From positions 13,014-77,013 of the forward strand of contig CAYHBA010000005.1 of assembly GCA_964354755.1 (NCBI GenBank): a stretch of DNA of 64,000 nucleotides, written 5' to 3'. The DNA comes from an uncultured Thermoplasmata archaeon. GTDB lineage: Archaea > Thermoplasmatota > Thermoplasmata > SG8-5. The translations under genes and the position numbers were made by a program. Under the pieces are notes generated by a model. That model saw only the letters and a program-made list of their open reading frames with translations. It searched no databases and was not told the DNA's origin. Positions 56,184-64,000 of this stretch are shown in pieces; within the stretch, counting starts at the first letter, position 1, and every line of letters begins with the position of its first letter.

Positions 56184-57114
56184 CGACTTCCCTCGTTGCA
56201 TTGTCCAGGTTGTCGGTGCTGAACCTCACAACGGCCAGCCCCGGACCGTCATGCGAACCACCGAAGGAATGTGACTTCCCGAGTCTCACCCTCCAGTCCC
56301 CGGTCAGCCTAACAGACTCATGTATATGGCCATGCAGTGTAAGGAGGGGAGAAGTTTTTTCTATGAATCTCCTGATGGCAATGCTGCCGACATGGATATC
56401 GGCGGGGGCATGGTCTACGAACTTGCCGTCATTGGCCGTCCTGTCCAGGGGAGTGTCGGAAGGCGGGGCATGGAACAGGTAGACTGTGCTACCAGGGTCG
56501 GATAGCTTGGCCAGTTCAACCAGGTCCTTTTCAATCGTGGAGTATCTCGCATCCTCGGGCGTGACCTCGACGGTTCTTATGCCCTCCTCTGGAGAGACGC
56601 AGCCCACGCCCGTGAACCTTGAAACATCGTATTTCTCCCAGTCCTTTAAAAGGAAAGGCGAGGGCGGAACGAAGGAATAGCCGACAACGCTCAGGCCTCC
56701 GAAGGTGACGCACTTTTGCTGGACATATTCAATAAGCCCGTCATTTGCCATTCTCTCGAGCATGGGCTCGTGAACCCTTGGGTCGTCATTGCCCGGTATA
56801 ATGAAGAAACGTGTTCTCCCGCAAGTTTCCCTGACTTTCCTGATGCGCTGGGACATCCGGCTCAGGAATTCCCCGATGTCGCCTGACCTGCCATATCCGC
56901 CAGGCAGGAGGTCTCCGCCAATGAGGACCCAGTCGGGGCACTCAGTCTCCGCAATGGAGAACAGGATGTCATACCTATCAGGCTTCCCGTGAAGGTCTGT
57001 GACGAAAATGCAGTTCATGCCCGTCATGGATTTCCTCTGTAAGTTCAACTGCCCGTCATACAAATATTTTTGCTTTTTCCTGTATTTTGGCATCAGGTGT
57101 GGAAACAAGGGCAT
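56170..57114 (-). CDS. Calcineurin-like metallophosphoesterase
   Basis: 314 aa. Motifs DLHG, GDLL, GNDD and GHIH. The real start is probably the internal ATG (MNCIFVTDLHG, ~57018). The tail overlaps the paralog-2 stop by 14 nt (convergent). Confidence 0.75.
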   Translation of the reverse strand: MPLFPHLMPKYRKKQKYLYDGQLNLQRKSMTGMNCIFVTDLHGKPDRYDILFSIAETECPDWVLIGGDLLPGGYGRSGDIGEFLSRMSQRIRKVRETCGRTRFFIIPGNDDPRVHEPMLERMANDGLIEYVQQKCVTFGGLSVVGYSFVPPSPFLLKDWEKYDVSRFTGVGCVSPEEGIRTVEVTPEDARYSTIEKDLVELAKLSDPGSTVYLFHAPPSDTPLDRTANDGKFVDHAPADIHVGSIAIRRFIEKTSPLLTLHGHIHESVRLTGDWRVRLGKSHSFGGSHDGPGLAVVRFSTDNLDNATREVVTHR

Positions 57115-57212
57115 TATGTTCGATACATCTCAAGAAAACAGTATAAGCGTTAAAATACTTGAAAACTTATCCCGCCGCATCGCGGGCAACTGCGAGTAAG
57201 AGGAGGAATTAA

Positions 57213-58556
<1,344 letters not shown>

Positions 58557-58582
58557 TCCAGACCAGCATTCCAAGAAACCTC

Positions 58583-58615
58583 AATCCCTGGCCTTTCGAG
58601 ATCAGGGATTCTTTT
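58583..58615 (+). terminator. Hairpin plus T tract between convergent gdhA and PEPS-like paralog 3
   Basis: aatccctg-(12 nt loop)-cagggatt followed by cttttcatttt. Confidence 0.5.
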
Positions 58616-58619
58616 CATT

Positions 58620-61586
58620 TTATTCTTGTTTTCTTGTTATACAGCCAAGACCGGTCCTGCCGTCGACCTTCACCTCTAGCTCGAACGGGAGCTCTACATG
58701 GGTAACATGACCCACCTTTTTCCTCTTTCCGGCTTTCTCCAGCCAATCCCAGTCTATCGATGCATCGTCCGAGCCATGTGGAATGGTGAAATACATTATC
58801 CCGAGTGAGGTGATGTTGTGGAAAAAATGCGTGCCGTGAGATGGATCGATCCTGTACCCCTCCAGGCCCACCTCCACCATTGCCCTGGCCCAGGAAATCT
58901 GTTTCCAATCCACAGGTATCCCCAGGAACCTGTCCCTTGTACCCCATCGTCCCGGGCCGATGAGCAGATAGGGCCTGTCCATGCCGTCGTTGACCTCCCC
59001 GATATCCCTGGCCAAGTCAGCGGTCTTTGTATTGTCGAATTCCGAAGGGCTGATATAAACCACATCCCTGATTCCCCTGAGCACGCCATTGCCGAGCGCT
59101 TTGGATGAATAGGCGAAGGCTCCCTGTCTGTCATCCTCCGACACGGTCACGCTTGCCTTTTCCCTCATGGTCAGAAGGGGGCGAATCTGGAGCACATTGA
59201 ACTCGGGTTTTCCCGCGCAGTCCAGCCTCAGCGCGAATTCCATCTCAATCGGCGAGCCCATTCCGACAGTGCCGAAATCCAGGAGACTGTCAATGACACC
59301 GGGCAGAGGCAGCAATCCGTATTTCAGGACACCGGAGAATGTCACCACTCTGGGGCCGTCAGCGCCAACTCCTTCCCTAATCCTGCCGTCAGCCGGGTCG
59401 TATGTGCTTGCCACATAATTCAGCGTGCCATCCTCCTCCGCGTCTGACACCTGCAGTCTGAGAAGGGTGGAATCGTCGCCTTTTATCAGGTCGTAATCGG
59501 ATGTGGCCATGTCAAGGCAGTAGAAGTAACTCTGCGTGTTCTTGATAATGTCATTCGGCGTGGAGAATCCCGGGGTTATGCCAGGATTCTTCGGTGAGAA
59601 TGCCAGGACCCTCCCGCCCTCCACGACAGTCTTGCCGAGCCCCAGCGCCACGCTCGCTATCCCGTCCTCCCGTTTCAGGGGCGCGACAGGATAGAAATTG
59701 TATGACTGGGCGACACCGGAGAAAATCGGGTAGAATCTGTCCCCGTATCTGTTGCCGACCATCTTCTGGAGAACGATGGCCATCTTCTCCTCCTCGGTTG
59801 TATGCACTGTGTTCTGGATGTAAGCCTTGGCCGATGCCAGAAACGCCGAGGCATAGACAAGTTTGATTGCGTCCAGGAGACGCACGAGCCTTGCATCGTT
59901 CCCAGTTTCGTTGTTGGGCAGCATGAATGTCGAGTAAATACCGGCGAAAGGCTGATTCTGGCTGTCCTCCAGCAGGCTTGAGGAGCGGACGGCCAGCGGC
60001 TCCCTGACATGCCTGATATATTCTCCCAGTGCCTTGAGGATGTCATCGGGCATCTTGCCCTTGAGGAAAATTTTCTTGATGCTGATGTCGTCCGGTTTCT
60101 TGGAAATTGCCTCGCTCAGCTTGTTTTCCTCGATGAACCTGTCGAATATATCGGTTCCCATTACCAGTGTGTCAGGGATGCGGACACGGCATTCTGGTAT
60201 TGTCTCGTCGATGTTCTTCTGGGCGAACAGGGCGAACAGGAATGCCAGACCCCTGCCCTTGCCCCCGAGCGAGCCGCCGCCCAGCCTGGTGAATGTTTCT
60301 TCCACTTCGAAATTCTGCTGCCAGAAATCTGTAATCATGCCCCGCCTTTTGGCCCGGTCCAGTTCCCTGAATGTGGCGGCCAGGTACCTTCTGATGTCCT
60401 CGTCGTCCTTGAAGTCAGAAACTTTCTTGGGTCTGAGCTTCAGGGCCATTCCTATCTCGCCCCTTGCCATAAGCCAGTTCGAGAAATGGTTGGCTCCAGC
60501 ATGGTATTTCAATGACTCTGCCGGCACCTTGTCTAGGAGAGTGAGGAATTCAGCCATGTCCCCGGCGCTGCCAATGATTGCGCCTGCAGGGGTTCTGAAA
60601 ACGAAATCGCCGAACCCCAGCGATTCCTTGAAGAACCTCCTCAGGTCGTGCATGAGCTTGTCCGAATGCTTTCCTATGAACTTGACGCCGAGGCTCTCAG
60701 CCTTGGCTCTGTGGGCATCGTCCGAGGACTGCACCAGGATGGGGATGCCCTCGTCCAGGCTCTTCACCAGCTCGAAACCTGCCAGTTCCAGTTCCTCGCC
60801 GTTCCTCGTATATGTCACGTCGGTGATGACGCCAAGGATGTTCTCCCGATACATGTTGTACTTCTCGACCGCCTCCTCATAGGTTTCGGCGAGCACTATC
60901 TTCGGTCTGGCTCTTTTCCTGTAGGTTTTCTCCTGCTCGTTCAGGCTGTCGGAGATGAGGTCATGCGTCTGGAGCATGATCTCCCTGTAAACTATAGGGA
61001 GGAACATCGAGTAATATTTCGGCGAGTCCTCTACCAGCAACAGCACCCGCACGAAGGCGTCCCTCGTGTCCGCCTTCACATTCATGAGGTCTTCGACGAA
61101 TTTGGTTATGGCAAAGAACAGGGCCGAGTCGCCGTTCCAATAGAATATCTTGTCAATCTCATCGCGTTTGTCGGGTATGCTGTAGATCGGAATCTCTGCC
61201 GTATCCGTGAGAAGCAGAATTACTGGAATACTAGGCTGAATGGCCTTTGCCTCCCTCCCGAACTCAAACGGGTTCCTGTCCGTGACCCTGGGCATAGTGA
61301 TGATCATGTCGTAATGTTTCTGCACGAGCGCCTCCAATGCGAGCCTGCAGTTGTCCACCCTCGTAACGGTGGGCGGGGAGGAAGAGATGGACATGGCCTT
61401 GTACTCGCCCGAAATACGGTCTGAGAGCAGCCCCTCCTCCTCAAGGATGAAAGCGTCATACAGGCTGGAGACCAGCAGTATGTCATAGACCCTGCGCTTC
61501 ATGAGGTCTGAAAGCCCGCGCCTGAAATCGCCGTTCTGGCTGTTGTCGTTGAGGTTGGTTTTCTTTGCCTTGCCGCGAGGTTCCAT
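58620..61586 (-). CDS. PEP-synthase-like phosphotransferase paralog 3: receiver-like domain, canonical receiver domain, PPDK_N ATP-grasp domain, substrate domain, swivel domain
   Basis: 988 aa. REC2 has canonical phospho-acceptor geometry (VLLLVEDSP..., ILGVITDVTY, PILVQSS). PPDK_N motifs GGKGRGLAF and LAVRSSSLLEDSQNQPFAGIYSTF. Swivel-like YLLIGPGRWGTRDRFLGIPV...GTHFFHN. Confidence 0.8.
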   Translation of the reverse strand: MEPRGKAKKTNLNDNSQNGDFRRGLSDLMKRRVYDILLVSSLYDAFILEEEGLLSDRISGEYKAMSISSSPPTVTRVDNCRLALEALVQKHYDMIITMPRVTDRNPFEFGREAKAIQPSIPVILLLTDTAEIPIYSIPDKRDEIDKIFYWNGDSALFFAITKFVEDLMNVKADTRDAFVRVLLLVEDSPKYYSMFLPIVYREIMLQTHDLISDSLNEQEKTYRKRARPKIVLAETYEEAVEKYNMYRENILGVITDVTYTRNGEELELAGFELVKSLDEGIPILVQSSDDAHRAKAESLGVKFIGKHSDKLMHDLRRFFKESLGFGDFVFRTPAGAIIGSAGDMAEFLTLLDKVPAESLKYHAGANHFSNWLMARGEIGMALKLRPKKVSDFKDDEDIRRYLAATFRELDRAKRRGMITDFWQQNFEVEETFTRLGGGSLGGKGRGLAFLFALFAQKNIDETIPECRVRIPDTLVMGTDIFDRFIEENKLSEAISKKPDDISIKKIFLKGKMPDDILKALGEYIRHVREPLAVRSSSLLEDSQNQPFAGIYSTFMLPNNETGNDARLVRLLDAIKLVYASAFLASAKAYIQNTVHTTEEEKMAIVLQKMVGNRYGDRFYPIFSGVAQSYNFYPVAPLKREDGIASVALGLGKTVVEGGRVLAFSPKNPGITPGFSTPNDIIKNTQSYFYCLDMATSDYDLIKGDDSTLLRLQVSDAEEDGTLNYVASTYDPADGRIREGVGADGPRVVTFSGVLKYGLLPLPGVIDSLLDFGTVGMGSPIEMEFALRLDCAGKPEFNVLQIRPLLTMREKASVTVSEDDRQGAFAYSSKALGNGVLRGIRDVVYISPSEFDNTKTADLARDIGEVNDGMDRPYLLIGPGRWGTRDRFLGIPVDWKQISWARAMVEVGLEGYRIDPSHGTHFFHNITSLGIMYFTIPHGSDDASIDWDWLEKAGKRKKVGHVTHVELPFELEVKVDGRTGLGCITRKQE

Positions 61587-61733
61587 GATGGAGGTTAATC
61601 TGTTAGGGTATAAAATAATTTGAGATGGCGCATGGATCGTCCGGGCGCCGTTTGCATCGGTTCCTCAGAGGCGGATCAAATGCCCAATGCGGGGATGTGG
61701 CGCGGTTCTTCCGCCAATCCAAAGTGCTCGTGC

Positions 61734-63239
61734 CTATTTCTTCGGCATCTCGCAGGTCATGTCCCCGGGCAGGGCCTCAGGCTTCGGAATGATTTTGGGG
61801 ATGCCCAATAATTTCTCGTGGATGTCCATGGCAGATTTCTTTCCTGCGCCCATGGCCTCGATTACCGTGGCCATGCCTGTGACTATGTCCCCGCCTGCCC
61901 AAACCATGTCTTTCTTCGTCTTCCCCCACTCATCCGCCGCGATATAGCCCCATTTGTTGAGCTCGAGCCCCGGAGTCGACCTTGTAAGCAGCGGATTGGC
62001 CCCTGCGCCGATGGCGTTGATGACTAGGTCGCAGTCGATGACATACTCGGAATCCGGGATGGGCACGGGCCTGCGCCTGCCGGACTCATCCGGTTCCCCC
62101 AGTTCCATCCTCGAGCACTTGAGCCCCTTCACCATGTTGTTCTCGTTGCCCAAAACCTCGACTGGATTGGTGAGGAGGCACATCTTCACCCCCTCCTCCT
62201 CCGCATGGTGGATCTCCTCTATTCTGGCCGGCATCTCCTCCCTGCTCCTGCGGTACACGACAGAGACGTCGCCGCCCAGTCTGAGCGCAGTCCTGGCCGA
62301 GTCCATGGCCACGTTTCCCCCGCCTATGACGCAGACCTTCTTCCCCTTGACGATGGGCGTGTCATACTCAGGGAACCTGTAGGCCTTCATCAGGTTGCTC
62401 CTTGTGAGATACTCGTTGGCCGAGTACATGCCCCCGAAATTCTCCCCAGGGATTCCCAGGAACTTAGGCAGCCCGGCGCCGACGCCTATGAAAACTGCGT
62501 GGAAGCCCCTCTCGTTCAGCAGCTCGTCGATCGATACAGTCCTGCCGACTATCTCGTTGAGCTTCAGCTTCACGCCCAACTTTACCAGATAGTCAACTTC
62601 CTTCTCCACGATGGCCTTCGGGAGCCTGAATTCCGGAATGCCGTACATCAGCACGCCGCCCGGCTTGTGGAAGGCCTCGAAGATAGTTACATCATAACCG
62701 AGAAGGACCATGTCCCCGGCCACTGTAAGGCCGGAAGGTCCCGAGCCCACAATGGCAATCTTTTTTCCGTTGGGCGCAGCCTTTTTGGGGAGCTGGATGA
62801 GATCGTTCTCCCTCTCGTAATCCGCTGCGAATCTCTCCAGTCTGCCTATTGCCACTGCTCTGCCCATCTTGTTAAGCACGCAGTGCTGCTCGCACTGCGT
62901 CTCTTGGGGACAGACCCTTCCGCAAATGGCCGGGAGTGCGTTTGTTTCCTTGATTTTCCTGGCCGCTTCTGCATATTTCCTCTCGGTTATCAATTTGATG
63001 AAGCCCGGGATGTTTATGTTGACAGGGCAGCCGCAGACACATGAGGGAACCTTGCACTGGAGGCATCGCCCGGCCTCCTCCCTGGCCATCTCATCTGTAT
63101 AACCCAGTGGAACCTCCAGGAAGTTGGTTGCGCGGACCTTCGGGTCCTGCTCGGGCATCGGGACTCTGTCCTTCCTGCGCGGTTTCTTCTCGGTCATTGC
63201 TTCACCCCGTGTTCCTCGACGTACTTCTGGAGAGAGCAT
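61734..63239 (-). CDS. Glutamate synthase small-chain-like NAD(P)H oxidoreductase (GltD / SudA / NfnB family)
   Basis: 501 aa. Two Fe-S Cys clusters (CLQCKVPSCVCGCPVNINIP; CGRVCPQETQCEQHCV), then FAD/NAD Rossmann motifs (IAIVGSGPSG, VCVIGGGNVAMD). The start may be the internal ATG at ~63197 (MTEKKPRRK), abutting the upstream partner's stop. Confidence 0.85.
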   Translation of the reverse strand: MLSPEVRRGTRGEAMTEKKPRRKDRVPMPEQDPKVRATNFLEVPLGYTDEMAREEAGRCLQCKVPSCVCGCPVNINIPGFIKLITERKYAEAARKIKETNALPAICGRVCPQETQCEQHCVLNKMGRAVAIGRLERFAADYERENDLIQLPKKAAPNGKKIAIVGSGPSGLTVAGDMVLLGYDVTIFEAFHKPGGVLMYGIPEFRLPKAIVEKEVDYLVKLGVKLKLNEIVGRTVSIDELLNERGFHAVFIGVGAGLPKFLGIPGENFGGMYSANEYLTRSNLMKAYRFPEYDTPIVKGKKVCVIGGGNVAMDSARTALRLGGDVSVVYRRSREEMPARIEEIHHAEEEGVKMCLLTNPVEVLGNENNMVKGLKCSRMELGEPDESGRRRPVPIPDSEYVIDCDLVINAIGAGANPLLTRSTPGLELNKWGYIAADEWGKTKKDMVWAGGDIVTGMATVIEAMGAGKKSAMDIHEKLLGIPKIIPKPEALPGDMTCEMPKK

Positions 63240-64000
63240 TTCTCCTCTGCAAGGTAGATCCTCTGTCTCGAAGTGAGGAGGTTCCAGTCAACCTGATGCC
63301 CGTCGAACTCCGGCCCATCCACGCAAGTGAATTTCGTTTTTCCGTCGATATTCACCCTGCAGCCGCCGCACATGCCTGTGGCGTCTATCATTATCGAATT
63401 GAGGCTGACTATGGTCTTTACACCGAATGGCTTGGTGGTCAGGGAACAGAACTTCATCATGGGGACCGGTCCGATGGCGTATACGATGTCCACTTTTTCC
63501 CTCTCGCAAACCTCCTTCAGGGGCTCGGTGACCAGGCCCTTCCTTGCGAACGTTCCGTCGTCAGTGGTGATTATGTGCTCGTCGCAAACTGTGGCAATCT
63601 TGCCCTGCCAGAACAGCAGGTTCTTCGACCTCGCGCCCTGTATACATATAACCTTGTTTCCAGCCACCTTCATCTCCCTGGCTATGGGATATATCGGCGC
63701 CGTGCCCACGCCGCCCGCCACCAGCACGACGGTCCCGTACTTCTTTATCTCGGATGCATGGCCAAGTGGGCCTACCAATGCGTAGTAGGACTGGCCCGCC
63801 TTCATCGCCGCAAGCTTGTAAGTTGATGTCCCGACTGCCATGAATACGATGGTGACGGTTCCTTTATCCCTGTCAAAATCAGCGATTGTCAGCGGGACGC
63901 GCTCGCCCTTCTCGTCCGGCATGACCACCAGGAACTCCCCGGCCTTCGCCTTCTTAGCAATCTCGGGCGCCTCGATTACGGCTTCGTAAATCGTGGGCAC
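63194..64000 (-). CDS. Ferredoxin-NADP reductase-like partner subunit (NfnA / SudB / PyrK-like: FAD-binding plus 2Fe-2S); N-terminus at or beyond the window edge
   Basis: 268 aa visible. FAD/NAD fold (VVLVAGGVGTAPIYPIA), C-terminal 2Fe-2S Cys cluster (CGGCRVNIDGKTKFTCVDGPEF). The track start is a GTG at the last window codon, so the gene is probably truncated by the window. Confidence 0.75.
   Translation of the reverse strand: MPTIYEAVIEAPEIAKKAKAGEFLVVMPDEKGERVPLTIADFDRDKGTVTIVFMAVGTSTYKLAAMKAGQSYYALVGPLGHASEIKKYGTVVLVAGGVGTAPIYPIAREMKVAGNKVICIQGARSKNLLFWQGKIATVCDEHIITTDDGTFARKGLVTEPLKEVCEREKVDIVYAIGPVPMMKFCSLTTKPFGVKTIVSLNSIMIDATGMCGGCRVNIDGKTKFTCVDGPEFDGHQVDWNLLTSRQRIYLAEEKCSLQKYVEEHGVKQ

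Overview
This 64 kb window is dense, GC-rich (~58%) archaeal chromosome. The archaeal assignment rests on an archaeal-type ribosomal protein S15 with an N-terminal extension, diphthine synthase, RPA, Trm5/Taw2, XPD, class III (pilin-like) signal peptides and a tRNA without encoded CCA. The gene content suggests a Thermoplasmata-like organism. Most of the window is ordinary housekeeping and metabolic genes (dph5, trm5, dcd, pyrF, rps15, gcvT, two gdh, an ABC transporter, MFS, XPD, RPA, Nox/CoADR, an M32 carboxypeptidase, NfnAB-like genes). Four regions stand out. (1) 2.3-8.2 kb encodes a bacterial-DnaA-type AAA+ domain, fused to a zinc ribbon and a DUF835-like C-terminal domain (my recollection of that family), in an archaeon. 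It sits beside a KaiC-like ATPase, a coiled-coil protein with two tandem zinc ribbons and a multi-zinc-ribbon P/Q-rich protein, and lies next to PRC-barrel and RPA genes. (2) 50.1-61.6 kb holds three ~1000-aa paralogs of a PEP-synthase-like phosphotransferase (PPDK_N ATP-grasp plus a diverged phosphohistidine swivel domain, with no PEP/pyruvate TIM barrel). They are fused to receiver-like or GAF sensor domains, and one carries a C-terminal minimal nucleotidyltransferase. A metallophosphoesterase lies between them and two different glutamate dehydrogenases flank the cluster. (3) A 14-gene operon at 39.3-47.6 kb looks like complex I but is a group-4 membrane-bound [NiFe] hydrogenase. Its NuoD-like subunit keeps both Ni-Fe cysteine motifs and a HycI-type maturation protease follows. 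(4) The tRNA-Thr locus has an 18-bp att-like duplicate of the tRNA 3' end, flanking ~90-bp direct repeats, and two ~200-nt homologous structured non-coding elements in inverted orientation (19.4-19.7 kb and 36.1-36.3 kb) with compensatory hairpin changes and C/D-box-like motifs. No CRISPR arrays, transposases or integrases were seen. The ORF track renders GTG/TTG starts as M, so several starts were moved to in-frame ATGs with upstream SD-like purine runs.
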